A program made the translations under genes and the position numbers. The notes beneath the pieces were generated by a model that was not told the origin of the DNA, did no database searches, and worked only from the letters and a program-made list of their open reading frames with translations. 64,000 nt of DNA from an uncultured Gammaproteobacteria bacterium (GTDB lineage: Bacteria > Patescibacteriota > Microgenomatia > Levybacterales > GWA1-39-11): positions 1,067 to 65,066 of the forward strand of contig CAYPEN010000002.1 in NCBI GenBank assembly GCA_964409875.1, read 5' to 3'. Shown here piece by piece: positions 18,348-28,696 of the stretch (position 1 is its first letter; each line of letters begins with the position of its first letter).

Positions 18348-19346
18348 ATGTCTACTGCTCGGAAGTGCAAAACTAAATATTTGGCAAAAAGTGGCCTCAT
18401 TTATCTGGTCATATCTTTTGGCCTCATATTGAGCGCAAAAATGATTTTTGCGCAACAGCAGCAGACCATCCGCACTATCACCATTGTTCCCCCATCCGTT
18501 GACTCAAAGTCCGACCCGGGTGACAAAAAAGAAGGAATCTTAAAAGTTGTTAATTCAAGCGACCAACCACTTACTTTTAAGGCACAGGTCAAGGATTTTG
18601 TTGTGGAAGATACTGTCGGAACCCCTCATATTCTCCCCGACAACACTTTATCCAAAAAATACTCAGCTTCATCCTGGATTGCTGTCGTTCCTGACACTTT
18701 TACTATCCAACCTGGTAAAACACAACAGTTAAATTACTATCTTCAAGTTCCGGCTGATGCACGTCCAGGAGGCCACTATGCAGCAATTGTCTATGAGCCC
18801 CAGGAGTTAATAGGTGTTCAAGGAACAGGAACTGGCGTTGAAACGCACGTTGGTACCCTCTTCTATGTAAGGGTTAATGGCACTATTGTTGAGAATGCAA
18901 CTGTCAAAAAATTTGTGGCAGACCCATCGATAGCCGAATATGGTCCTGCTACAATCAAGACGCAAATCATAAACTATAGTGACTCACACATCCGACCTAT
19001 TGGAACAGTTTCAGTCAAAAATCTACTCGGCCAAATGGTTTACAGCGAAAAACTGGAAGAGCACAATATCTTTCCTGAGGCAACGCGTGACTTTACAACA
19101 ACTATCGGCAAAAAGCTGATGTTTGGGCCATATACAGCAGAACTTAAGGCAAATTACGGGACCAACAACAACCTCACACTTTTTGCAACGACTACATTCT
19201 TTATTTTCCCATGGAAGATTGTATCTGTTGCCCTCCTTGCAATAGTTGCTCTTATTCTCTTCTTCATCTTCTGGAGAAAGAACAAGAAAAAGAATACGCC
19301 TGTTGCTGCTCCTCAGCCTCAAATGCCTCAACAACCGGTTGCTTAA
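18348..19346 (+). CDS. surface protein with signal peptide and C-terminal TM anchor (DUF916/CscA-like architecture, by inference)
   Basis: Signal peptide, beta-rich domain, C-terminal TM followed by KNKKKN. Resembles 35906..36874. Confidence 0.65.
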   Translation: MSTARKCKTKYLAKSGLIYLVISFGLILSAKMIFAQQQQTIRTITIVPPSVDSKSDPGDKKEGILKVVNSSDQPLTFKAQVKDFVVEDTVGTPHILPDNTLSKKYSASSWIAVVPDTFTIQPGKTQQLNYYLQVPADARPGGHYAAIVYEPQELIGVQGTGTGVETHVGTLFYVRVNGTIVENATVKKFVADPSIAEYGPATIKTQIINYSDSHIRPIGTVSVKNLLGQMVYSEKLEEHNIFPEATRDFTTTIGKKLMFGPYTAELKANYGTNNNLTLFATTTFFIFPWKIVSVALLAIVALILFFIFWRKNKKKNTPVAAPQPQMPQQPVA

Positions 19347-19410
19347 CATAGGCGTGACACAAAACTCTTATTTGACAATTCTTGTTGAAATTGGCTTAAA
19401 TGGAAGATGT

Positions 19411-20871
19411 ATGAAATTTGTAGCGCAAGTTGTCTTTGTAGTGGTTTTTATTCTTTTGTTCATGTCTGTTGCCAAAACCGAGGCTGCTTCTTTAACCAGC
19501 GCAAACGATACACTCTCAACATCACGCCCTTCTCCTTCAAGCCCTCTGAATGCGAATGCATCCTCATCTGACGGTTCTTTGACTATCTTTGACAACGGCT
19601 CACGGTATTTGGCTTCCGATTCAGGAATACTGATACAAAAAGGGACAACCAATATTATAAAAACAGGCATTCCTATTGCATCTCAATCCTCAACGCTTAC
19701 TTCAGTGTACCTCAGCGGCACCGTGGGTGCCGGAGCCGGAGCGGGAGCAGATGTATTGATAGTTCCTATTACGGCGATGCATACAGTGCAATTTACGGCT
19801 GCAACCACAATTCCTATCGGAGGAACTATCGTCATTACCTTTCCCGGTTCGGCGAATAATACTGCTTCTCCTTCAGCATCCACCTTTGCTTTTAACAATC
19901 TTTCAACCGGAAATATAAAGGCAAATTTTTCGGCTGGGACAGGAGCCTGTACTTTCAGTGTAAATGCTCCTACCGTAACATGTACTGTCGGAACAGGTGC
20001 TGTCACTGCCGGAACAATTGTAACTATACTTATTGGATGCTCTTTAAATTCAGGTTCAAGCTGCACTACTCAAGTACCCACCCTCATCAATCCTACAAAA
20101 GGGAACCAAACAGCAGGTGCTGCTGATGTCTGGAAAATAAACATTAAGACAACAGATGGAGTCAGCGACCTTGATACTGCTACTGTATCGGTAGGAACAA
20201 TAGAATCAGTAACAGTACGTGCAAACATTGACCCTTCCCTCACTTTTACCATTACCGGGGTAAATAATGGAACGGCAGTCAACAACGGCAACACAACAGG
20301 CTGCCTTCAGACGGAAACGACCAATACAGGCATAAATGCTACTGCTACCGAGGTAAACCTAGGAACACTTTCCAATTCCCCTACAGCTACAGATACAAAA
20401 GTAGGAAATATTGCTGCCCAGCTTATCACTATTTCGACAAATGCTGCCAACGGATATGTTTTGACGGCTACCTCATCCGGCCACCTACGAAATCCGTCTA
20501 CTGGCTATTTCCTGACAGATAACACGACTCCTCAAGTCTTTCCGGCAAGTGGTGCAAACTTTTTTGGATTCCATGCCTGTGGGCTTGATACGTACAATTC
20601 AGATATTGGAACAACATTTTGGAATTCTACAGCTTCAAATACTGCGTGCAACAGTTATATCAACGGCTCAACCGGTAATATTTGCAAATACGGCTGGCCT
20701 ACCACTGTGTCTCAAATATTATTGGCATCAGACACAACAGGTCCAATAGGAAATTCGCTTGTGGCCGGAAATGGACTCACTTCGGTCTCTTACGCAGCCG
20801 GAGCTGATGCAGGAGTACCTCCAGGACAATATTCTACGGTTGTAACGTACGTTGCAACCCCAGCATTCTGA
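19411..20871 (+). CDS. secreted Thr/Ser/Gly-rich surface protein, paralog of 16785..18248
   Basis: Start set at MKFVAQVVFVVVFILLF, because the ORF-track extension overlaps the previous gene. C-terminus PGQYSTVVTYVATPAF. Confidence 0.7.
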   Translation: MKFVAQVVFVVVFILLFMSVAKTEAASLTSANDTLSTSRPSPSSPLNANASSSDGSLTIFDNGSRYLASDSGILIQKGTTNIIKTGIPIASQSSTLTSVYLSGTVGAGAGAGADVLIVPITAMHTVQFTAATTIPIGGTIVITFPGSANNTASPSASTFAFNNLSTGNIKANFSAGTGACTFSVNAPTVTCTVGTGAVTAGTIVTILIGCSLNSGSSCTTQVPTLINPTKGNQTAGAADVWKINIKTTDGVSDLDTATVSVGTIESVTVRANIDPSLTFTITGVNNGTAVNNGNTTGCLQTETTNTGINATATEVNLGTLSNSPTATDTKVGNIAAQLITISTNAANGYVLTATSSGHLRNPSTGYFLTDNTTPQVFPASGANFFGFHACGLDTYNSDIGTTFWNSTASNTACNSYINGSTGNICKYGWPTTVSQILLASDTTGPIGNSLVAGNGLTSVSYAAGADAGVPPGQYSTVVTYVATPAF

Positions 20872-20874
20872 TTG

Positions 20875-20918
20875 GTATTTAGTATCTGCCATATACAACA
20901 TACCAGATACTAAATACT
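20875..20918. terminator. Bidirectional hairpin ggtatttagtatctg...cagatactaaatac
   Basis: 14-15-bp inverted repeat between convergent genes. Confidence 0.55.
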
Positions 20919-20930
20919 AACCATTCTCTC

Positions 20931-22637
20931 CTAGTTCATCATTGTTTTTGGTTGAGAAACATATTGAGGTGAATGAAATGGCAATGTGACGAACACTGAT
21001 GTTCCTTCACCTACAGTTGAATTAAGCCATATCTTTCCATCGTGCTCACCTACAATCGCCTTTGAAATATAAAGTCCCAACCCGGTTCCTTTTGCCCGAT
21101 TGTGATAGTTAGCCTGTATAAAAGGCCTGAAAAGGCCCTCAATTTTCTCCCTTTCTATCCCACTTCCATGGTCTTTTACTTCAATTTCTACCGAACCTTC
21201 TTTTTTTCTACTATATACTTCGACTATCGTGTGCTCTTCTGAGAATTTGATTGCGTTGGACAACAAATTTACGATTACCTGCCCTATTCTAAGAGGATCA
21301 AAGGCAAAGACGGGTATCGTATCATCCAAGTGATTTTCCAGCAAAATTGCCCTACTGGAAGCGGCATAGGACAATTCTTCAGTGGCTTTTCTTATAACAT
21401 CATTAATATTTGCATCACTTTTTTGAATAGTAAGCTTTCCTGCCTCAATTTTGGCACTATCCAACATATCATCAATGTCTTCAAGAAGCCTTTCAGATGC
21501 GCTTTTAATGATAAGCCGCATTTTTACTTTATCCTCTTCATGTGTTTGTGAGTCCATGAGTAAATCCGCAGCACCTTTAATCGCGGTCAGTGGCGCCCTC
21601 AGTTCATGAATCATCATGTTGGTGAAAGCCTCCCTCATTTTCCTGACTTCAGCCTCACGCGTCACATCTTGCATTGTCAAGGCTACACCGATAATTCTAT
21701 CGCTCTTGTAAGAAAAGACAGGTGTAACATAAATATTGAATTTGAGGCCATGTATGTCAATATCGCGGTATATCGTACTCTTTTTCTGGAATATGACATC
21801 TTTCATTTCTGAAATAAGGTTAGGCTTGAGGTTAAAACTTGAGAGGACTTTTATGAGCTCAGGGTTGGCTTCGGAAATTTTCAAAAACCTCAGAGCTGCA
21901 TGATTGATAGTCGCAAGGGTTAATCCCTCACGCTCAAGCGTAAAGAATATTTCTCCTGATGTGAGACTTTTGACGAGCGATTCGACTTTGCCTTTTTCTG
22001 TCTCAATAACGTATTCCAGCCGGCCTATCGCAAGCTGTGCTTTATTTACGATTTTATACATCATACTCATATCCTCCTCCTGATATGCCCGGAGGTTTTT
22101 TGATGTAATATTGATGATTCCGGTAAAACGGTTGTTGAGAACCAGTGGAATGTTAAAATAACTAAGGGGAAGCGCATCATATTGTATCGAAGTGTCTACT
22201 AGTAACTCAGCTTGTGGGTCGATATGAGCCCCTTTTGCCTTTTCCACAATCGGCATATTTTTAAGGGTTTCGTCTATTCCATATACTCCTTGCAGGACCG
22301 ACTCTCTCACTCCGTGAATGTACTGGGGACCGACATTTTCGTGTGTCGTTGTCACCAATTCTAAATGGTCAGTCTCTATAATCGCATACGAAACCGAGGT
22401 GACTTGGAAGATTTTTTCGACCGTTGCAGCAATGGTAGATGCAATATCCCTAGAAGAAAGCGAATATCCTATCTTCTCGGACAATTCGCTCAAAATTGTG
22501 AGTTCAAACAATTCACGGGCTTTATCACGCTTCTCTTTGTGATATTTTTCTCGGGTATTTTTAAGCTCAAAATAGAAGTATACCGCTGTCAAAAACGCAA
22601 TCAAAAACCCGAACATAAAAAAACTTTCCCAGAACAT
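20931..22637 (-). CDS. sensor histidine kinase (TM, PAS, HisKA, HATPase)
   Basis: H-box HELRAPLTAIKGAADLL. G-boxes GSGIEREKIEGLF...GTGLGLYISK. Confidence 0.9.
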   Translation of the reverse strand: MFWESFFMFGFLIAFLTAVYFYFELKNTREKYHKEKRDKARELFELTILSELSEKIGYSLSSRDIASTIAATVEKIFQVTSVSYAIIETDHLELVTTTHENVGPQYIHGVRESVLQGVYGIDETLKNMPIVEKAKGAHIDPQAELLVDTSIQYDALPLSYFNIPLVLNNRFTGIINITSKNLRAYQEEDMSMMYKIVNKAQLAIGRLEYVIETEKGKVESLVKSLTSGEIFFTLEREGLTLATINHAALRFLKISEANPELIKVLSSFNLKPNLISEMKDVIFQKKSTIYRDIDIHGLKFNIYVTPVFSYKSDRIIGVALTMQDVTREAEVRKMREAFTNMMIHELRAPLTAIKGAADLLMDSQTHEEDKVKMRLIIKSASERLLEDIDDMLDSAKIEAGKLTIQKSDANINDVIRKATEELSYAASSRAILLENHLDDTIPVFAFDPLRIGQVIVNLLSNAIKFSEEHTIVEVYSRKKEGSVEIEVKDHGSGIEREKIEGLFRPFIQANYHNRAKGTGLGLYISKAIVGEHDGKIWLNSTVGEGTSVFVTLPFHSPQYVSQPKTMMN

Positions 22638-22700
22638 ATTTCTAGAATATAGAATTTTGAATTATGAAGCAAGAAGCTAGGAGGTATGGAAAGAGAAAAA

Positions 22701-23042
22701 CTACTTGGTTAAATTCTCAAGTTTGTCGATGGTTCTTTTGCTTCCGATAACGATAATGTACATTCCAATGACAAAACATGCGCCTTTTATAAGAAATACT
22801 CCTACCGAATACACACTACTGTAGCTTATTTGAAGATATGAATTGAGTGCATCAACAATTATTCCCATGGCCAAGAAAAGAACTCCTGTTCCAATAGTCT
22901 TAAAACCATGCGCCAGAATGCCTGAACCGAATTTCTTTGTGACTTGATACATAATGACCGCGGCCGCAATAGCCGCAAAAGCTGCTATGAATGAAATTCC
23001 ATTCACAACAATGGTTAAAAACTGTACGCTATTAAATTGCAT
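22701..23042 (-). CDS. hypothetical membrane protein (113 aa)
   Basis: Four hydrophobic helices. Lies within the HK/RR operon. Confidence 0.5.
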   Translation of the reverse strand: MQFNSVQFLTIVVNGISFIAAFAAIAAAVIMYQVTKKFGSGILAHGFKTIGTGVLFLAMGIIVDALNSYLQISYSSVYSVGVFLIKGACFVIGMYIIVIGSKRTIDKLENLTK

Positions 23043-23082
23043 ATATTAATAATATCTGAAAACTTTCTCAACTTGCAATCTC

Positions 23083-23709
23083 TTACACCTGTGCCTGTGT
23101 TGGTTGAGCAGTAGGTTGAGTCTCCGTTGATAATGGCGCATTCGCAAGTTCTTCGAGTGCTTTGTTCAAGTCCTGCATCTCTTGTGAGGTAAATGGTTGT
23201 GGACCACTCACTGATTTTTCGTTATTTTCTGATTTTGTATCCAATCCATCAAAATGAACAGCAGTCATGGGAGGAGGCTCATGAGGGACTGATGAAGATA
23301 CAACAGTATCATTTGGAGTAGAAGTTTGAGCGGTAGTTTGGGATGCTGGAATTGAGCTTGTCGTAGCTTGCACTGATATACTAGGGGTAGGTTGTTGTGT
23401 TGAGGATTGTAAACCTCCTCCAAAAGCAGTTGAGGTCGCCATGGCCATCATCCCCGGATAACTTGTCAAAATTGATTCCATCGTTTTTTTGACTATCATA
23501 CCTGAAAGCTCCACAAACTGGTTTATCAGCCCCTGAAGCATTTGCTGTGGGTCACCTTCAAGCTTGATTACATCCCCATTTACGTCCACTGTTAATCCGA
23601 TTACATTTTTTACTTTTGCAAGGGTAATATCAGGACCCAAAACGAGCATCTGCTTTTTAATCAACTCGGAGAAAAGTTTTTTGTAGTCTGTATCGCTATT
23701 GGGCATCAT
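23083..23709 (-). CDS. hypothetical protein (208 aa) with Ser/Thr/Gln-rich C-terminus
   Basis: ORF between the receiver and kinase genes, on the same strand. Confidence 0.45.
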   Translation of the reverse strand: MMPNSDTDYKKLFSELIKKQMLVLGPDITLAKVKNVIGLTVDVNGDVIKLEGDPQQMLQGLINQFVELSGMIVKKTMESILTSYPGMMAMATSTAFGGGLQSSTQQPTPSISVQATTSSIPASQTTAQTSTPNDTVVSSSVPHEPPPMTAVHFDGLDTKSENNEKSVSGPQPFTSQEMQDLNKALEELANAPLSTETQPTAQPTQAQV

Positions 23710-23821
23710 ATGGACAGGTAATGCAAATTTTTAAATTCAAATTTACAATTTTTAATTATAAGTGAAGTTCTAAAATTTAATCATTTGAATTTGATTAAAA
23801 ATTTAAAATTTCAAATTATTA

Positions 23822-24193
23822 TCATTCCCCAAGTATCCCTTTGACCTTTTTCAAAAGATCTTCATGGGAAATTTGGTATTTTAAAATGTAATCAATAGCT
23901 CCCCTATTTAATGACTCCTTTACTAGCTCGTCATGAGAAAAATTTGTAAGCATCGCAACCGGCACTTTTGCGGTAGCAGGGTCATCTTTTATCGCCTTCA
24001 GAGCATCCGTTCCACTCATATCAGGCATCATCTGATCCATGAGAATGAGATCAAAGTTGCCTGTTTTTGAGATAGATACTGCTGACGTGCCATTATTTGC
24101 GATTGTCACCTCAAAACCGCCTTGCTTGAGAACCGTTTCAAAAACTGTTGCTGTATCCTGCTCGTCGTCCACGAGAAGTATTTTCTTAGACAT
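23822..24193 (-). CDS. single-domain response regulator (CheY-like receiver)
   Basis: LLVDDE...DLILMDQMMPDMSG...K. Confidence 0.85.
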   Translation of the reverse strand: MSKKILLVDDEQDTATVFETVLKQGGFEVTIANNGTSAVSISKTGNFDLILMDQMMPDMSGTDALKAIKDDPATAKVPVAMLTNFSHDELVKESLNRGAIDYILKYQISHEDLLKKVKGILGE

Positions 24194-24322
24194 AACTTCA
24201 GGCTATCAAGTATTGTGTAAAAAATCAAGCCCTACTGAAAGGAAAAATCCGAAAGATACACAAGCAAACGTAACCTATACTATAAGCTTGCATTTTGAGG
24301 CTGAAAACTGTATAATATCTGT

Positions 24323-26638
24323 ATGTCACGTCCAGAAGTTGCATTAAATCTTCGTCCTGAATATGTTGAGCCTCAGCCTTCATTTGAAGCGGGATCTGTG
24401 AGAATTACGCATATATCCGATGCTCCACAGGGGATCCAGTTTGAAACTACTGGAAAGCTTAGGCGTGGCCAATTAAGAAACAAACCATTTCATGAACTTA
24501 TCCCTCTTGATTCAGAGCTCGGGCAAACTGTAAGTCAGAAAACGAGGGCTGACGTTGATTTTGCCCTCACTAAGGCTCTTGGCGAAATACCCACAACCCT
24601 CTCAACTGAAAATGAGAACTACGACAACGCACAACAAGCGCTACATTACCATGACACTGAAAAACTAAAAGCCCTCCTCTCCCCAGAGGAATTTGAGGCA
24701 CACATTTCTGAAAAGCGGGCACTTGAGGCTAGAAAAGCAAGGGTTAACAAAATTCATTCAATGACAGATGAGGAAAGAAGAAAGTTTATGGATATCTATG
24801 CCTCGATGCACAAACTTGGCATTCGGTTCCCTCAATATGATAAAGAAACAGATACATTCAAGGGTGAAATTGTAGGTATTCCTTATTGGTTCTATAAATT
24901 GCTTTCTGAGCCTCGGCTCGGGAATGAAATCGTAAATTTGGGCGCAATAGGAGCAGGAACTTTAAATCTTATTACCGCTGATGGAAAAGTAATCAAGCAA
25001 ACGAGAGCAAAAAGTAATGGAAAATTCCAAAGAGATTTAGGCAACAGCGCGTCAGGACTGCAAGACATAGCTTTCAATCATGGAGAAAAGGGACATGCGA
25101 TGGGAGAATCTGACACTACTCTTAAAAGAGGCAACTTGAAAGAATTGAGTGAAGAGATAGGAATTAAGCCTGACGTTGTTACTCATGGTATTGAATCAGT
25201 CGGCACGCAAGATATTCTTGAGTCTGCAAAAGACAAGCTGTTCGCCGAAACACTTGAACAAAATGATCTTGATAAAAAAATTGTACTTTCTGACTTTAAG
25301 ATCCTTGGTACCGCCGAGGATCCTTTGAGTCCGCATGATGAGTTTTTGATGTTTGCAAGAATCAACCTTACTGCACAGGAAGTTATTGATAGAGCGAGAC
25401 ACGCTAGACGCCATGCAAAGAAAAGTGACCGAGACTTTGCCGAACATTTTATTGTCATGGATGCCACTCCGGAAGCCTTTGAGAAAGTCCTTACCGATCC
25501 AAATTTCCAGGATTCCCCTCCAACACACGCTGCCTGCGATATTGTAACAGGCCGTTATCTTATGATGGAGCGTGAAGGTGTTGGAGCCGCTAACCAATGG
25601 CTTGAACAGTTGAAGCCAAAAATGGATGACGCATGGGCAACAAGCATAGCAAAAAGAAAAGAATTCTTTGCAAATCATCCCGAGGTTGTTGCTCAAAATC
25701 CGAATATTGACCTTGAGAAATACGACCCGAATTTTGATGATGTTACAAATGGGTTTAGACCCCTTGAAGAGCGTATCCTTGAAGCAGGAATTGAAGCAGA
25801 TATAGAACGTACTTATGAAAAAGCATACATGTTTGACTGTGATGGAGTTCTAACTGACCTTGATAGCCAGGAGCTGAGATATACCGAAATTTTGGATAGA
25901 ACTATTGCCCTTCTTGATAATAACGCAGTTTCTCTTTGTAGCGGACGCCCTTCAAAATGGATTATTGATGAACTACTTAACCCACTTATTCATCGCATTG
26001 ACGAAACACAAAAAAGCAGAGATTTACTCAAAAATTTGGTCGTAATTGCCGAATCTGGAGGAGTTATTGTTGAAATCGATAACCAAGGAGAACTTAAAAG
26101 TTACAAGGATACTGCCCACTCCGTACCGACAAATATGCAGGACATTATCCGCACCCTCATAGATGTGAAATATGGAAACGCGATTAAATTTGATGAGGAT
26201 AAAGAAAGCATGGCAACAGCCGTGAAGCGCCGGGAGGCAACAAAGGACGAGTTTGAAAAAGCTCGTGTATCTTTCATGAAAGACGCAGAATTACTGTTAA
26301 AACAGTATCTTGAATCTGGTGATTACACTATGGACCCTACTGCTATAGCTGTAGATTTCAAACATAAGGACGTTGACAAAAGGCGGGCTGCTGAATTTTT
26401 TGTCGACTCCCTAAGACGTAAAGGTATATCCGTAAAGAGATTTGAAGTCGTTGGAGATAGCTCCTCCGATATTCTAATGGCAGTTGGACTCGAGCAAGAA
26501 GGTAAAATTGTGTCCTATCAACACGTTGGCAAAGATCCAATTGAAAATCCGGAACAGTATACTTTCCCGGTTATCCACAGGTTAAGAACCAACGATCAAC
26601 TCATGCTTGATTACCTCCGTGAACAAACGTCCGCTTAA
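24323..26638 (+). CDS. large hypothetical protein (771 aa) with C-terminal HAD-like hydrolase domain
   Basis: C-terminal FDCDGVLTD (motif I) and VGDSSSD (motif III). N-terminal 500 aa unassigned. Confidence 0.65.
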   Translation: MSRPEVALNLRPEYVEPQPSFEAGSVRITHISDAPQGIQFETTGKLRRGQLRNKPFHELIPLDSELGQTVSQKTRADVDFALTKALGEIPTTLSTENENYDNAQQALHYHDTEKLKALLSPEEFEAHISEKRALEARKARVNKIHSMTDEERRKFMDIYASMHKLGIRFPQYDKETDTFKGEIVGIPYWFYKLLSEPRLGNEIVNLGAIGAGTLNLITADGKVIKQTRAKSNGKFQRDLGNSASGLQDIAFNHGEKGHAMGESDTTLKRGNLKELSEEIGIKPDVVTHGIESVGTQDILESAKDKLFAETLEQNDLDKKIVLSDFKILGTAEDPLSPHDEFLMFARINLTAQEVIDRARHARRHAKKSDRDFAEHFIVMDATPEAFEKVLTDPNFQDSPPTHAACDIVTGRYLMMEREGVGAANQWLEQLKPKMDDAWATSIAKRKEFFANHPEVVAQNPNIDLEKYDPNFDDVTNGFRPLEERILEAGIEADIERTYEKAYMFDCDGVLTDLDSQELRYTEILDRTIALLDNNAVSLCSGRPSKWIIDELLNPLIHRIDETQKSRDLLKNLVVIAESGGVIVEIDNQGELKSYKDTAHSVPTNMQDIIRTLIDVKYGNAIKFDEDKESMATAVKRREATKDEFEKARVSFMKDAELLLKQYLESGDYTMDPTAIAVDFKHKDVDKRRAAEFFVDSLRRKGISVKRFEVVGDSSSDILMAVGLEQEGKIVSYQHVGKDPIENPEQYTFPVIHRLRTNDQLMLDYLREQTSA

Positions 26639-27480
26639 TTTTTTACCCACCACTTTACTCCATCGGAAATAATTTCTACGTCGCCTTTGAGCGTATTTCT
26701 AGTGGGGATACCATGCTGTTGTAACAGCTTTATGACTTCAGGAGCAGGATGATGATACCGGTTGTGATAGCCGTAGGAAAGAACTGCCAACTTTGGAACC
26801 AAATGCTGAAATGTAAATTCATCCACTCCAGTTTTTGAACCATGATGAGGTGGTTTAAACACATCAAGACTATCTATCAGGGGCATAATTGAGTTCAAAT
26901 ATGTCGATGGTATATCACCATCTAATAAAGCCCTAAATTTGTTATACCGAACCATCTGTACCAATGAGTAATCATTTGTGTCTTTACTCTTCTGATTGAG
27001 AAATTCCTGCGTTGGCCAAAATGTATCAATAGTGATCCCATCAGGAGATTTCAAAACGTCACCCCTAAAAACATAATGCACGGGTATATTTTCTTTTTTT
27101 AATATTTTCATCAACTCCTCATAAACACCTGTGTCTTTTGGAGCTTTTGACGTTCCAAAAAATGATACATTATAGGATTTTATAACTCCGATAAGACCTG
27201 TTAAATGGTCGGCATCAGGATGAGTCATAAAAACCGCTTCAATTTTTCTATCCCAAAATGGCAGATGACGGGAAAGACACTTTGTCATTGAATTTTCTCG
27301 TGGTCCTCCATCAATAATGACATCAATTCCTTGAGGACTCCTTATCAATATGCCGTCCCCTTGACCGACGTTACAAAAAATTAGATGAAAATTGTTATCA
27401 GAGAACCTCACCAAGTGATAGCTACTAAAAAGTGCTAAAACGGCACATGATAACAGCAAAAACATCAAAATTCGCCTCAT
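26635..27480 (-). CDS. comEC: ComEC/Rec2 metallo-beta-lactamase domain protein (separate ORF)
   Basis: HPDADHLTGL in an MBL-fold. It has its own N-terminal hydrophobic segment. Overlaps the upstream ORF by ATGA. Confidence 0.75.
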   Translation of the reverse strand: MRRILMFLLLSCAVLALFSSYHLVRFSDNNFHLIFCNVGQGDGILIRSPQGIDVIIDGGPRENSMTKCLSRHLPFWDRKIEAVFMTHPDADHLTGLIGVIKSYNVSFFGTSKAPKDTGVYEELMKILKKENIPVHYVFRGDVLKSPDGITIDTFWPTQEFLNQKSKDTNDYSLVQMVRYNKFRALLDGDIPSTYLNSIMPLIDSLDVFKPPHHGSKTGVDEFTFQHLVPKLAVLSYGYHNRYHHPAPEVIKLLQQHGIPTRNTLKGDVEIISDGVKWWVKN

Positions 27481-28694
27481 TTTATTTTTACTCTGCTCTT
27501 ACTTACCTGAATTACTAATGCAAACAATATCAAATAGTAACCTCCAACAAGTGTTGCTGGGAGATTATCGACAGAAATCTGACTACCCAAGCCTGAGAAG
27601 AATACTATTATACCGGTAAAGTACGCCAAAAATGGATAACATAGGAGCATAAACGGCAATGCGAGCGTAGGAGAAATAATGGAGACAATTGCGCCTATCC
27701 CGCCAAAAATCATAATAACCGGTATGGTCCATAGAACCAAGATGTTGATAGGAAATGAAAGCAATGAATACGCTCCAAATGAGGCCAACATCACAGGAAA
27801 TGTTGCTATCTGAGCCGAAAGTGTAGTTGTTATATCATCTTTGATAAAAGCTACACGCCGCCACGTGCCTAGTCCATCCAATATTGGTTTTATTGTGAGT
27901 ATCCCCAACGTTGAAAGAAATGAAAGCTGGAATGAAATGTCGGCAATCTCACCCGGCTGGAAAAATACCATACCCCAAGCAGTAAGAAACAACGCATACA
28001 GACTGCTTGTTTGCCTCCCTGCAAGTTGCCCTGCAAATGCCATAATTGCCATGACCGCAGCTCTTACAATGGGCGGGTCAAATCCGGTCAGGGTGGCATA
28101 TCCCATAATCCCCAAAATCGTGAAAAGTAATGCAAGTTTTCTTTTCACAAGCCTCAAAAAAATTGCTAAAAGAAGTCCCGCGGCGATACTTACATTTTGT
28201 CCTGAGGCTGCGATGACGTGCAAAACTCCCGCCTTTTTAAGAAGCGCATAATACTCATTATCTATCTTGTCCCGCACTCCCAAAACAACACCTAACAATA
28301 GTCCCGCTTCCCTTTCCGGCAACACCTTAATCGCCGCCTCCTCGACCCTTTCTCTTATAAATTTTGATAGTAAAAGTACGACATCCGTTTTCTCGATTTT
28401 TGATATAACCGGATTTTGGACAACCAAAAGCTCTCCTTTGTCACTCTTCTTTTTGGAAATGATACCATCTATAGACACCGTATCCCCATACCGGTATGTC
28501 GGATACAAAGCCGTTGTTACCATTATCCCGTCGACAAAAAAGTACTGGGAGTGGTTATTCTTCTTCGGTTCGTGAGTTATGCTATAGGTTTTTTTGAATG
28601 GCTCGTTTTCTCTATAAATATGCCGCTCATTAAAATAGAAAAACTCCCGTGTTGTAAGCAACAAAAGAAGAATAAAAATAAATAAATACTTCAT
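27477..28694 (-). CDS. comEC: ComEC/Rec2 competence membrane-channel domain protein
   Basis: Polytopic membrane profile with VIAASGQNVSI (competence domain). Start set at MKYLFIF because the upstream extension is a GC-rich repeat element. Confidence 0.75.
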   Translation of the reverse strand: MKYLFIFILLLLLTTREFFYFNERHIYRENEPFKKTYSITHEPKKNNHSQYFFVDGIMVTTALYPTYRYGDTVSIDGIISKKKSDKGELLVVQNPVISKIEKTDVVLLLSKFIRERVEEAAIKVLPEREAGLLLGVVLGVRDKIDNEYYALLKKAGVLHVIAASGQNVSIAAGLLLAIFLRLVKRKLALLFTILGIMGYATLTGFDPPIVRAAVMAIMAFAGQLAGRQTSSLYALFLTAWGMVFFQPGEIADISFQLSFLSTLGILTIKPILDGLGTWRRVAFIKDDITTTLSAQIATFPVMLASFGAYSLLSFPINILVLWTIPVIMIFGGIGAIVSIISPTLALPFMLLCYPFLAYFTGIIVFFSGLGSQISVDNLPATLVGGYYLILFALVIQVSKSRVKIK

Positions 28695-28696
28695 AT

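Noticed and set aside
16785-20871. Conserved C-terminal ...TYVATPSF as an outer-membrane beta-barrel (BamA) signal
   Set aside because: Pro at position -2 breaks the alternating hydrophobic pattern, the proteins are low in aromatic beta-strand periodicity, and the gene content suggests a monoderm. The motif is therefore reported as an unexplained sorting or docking motif instead.
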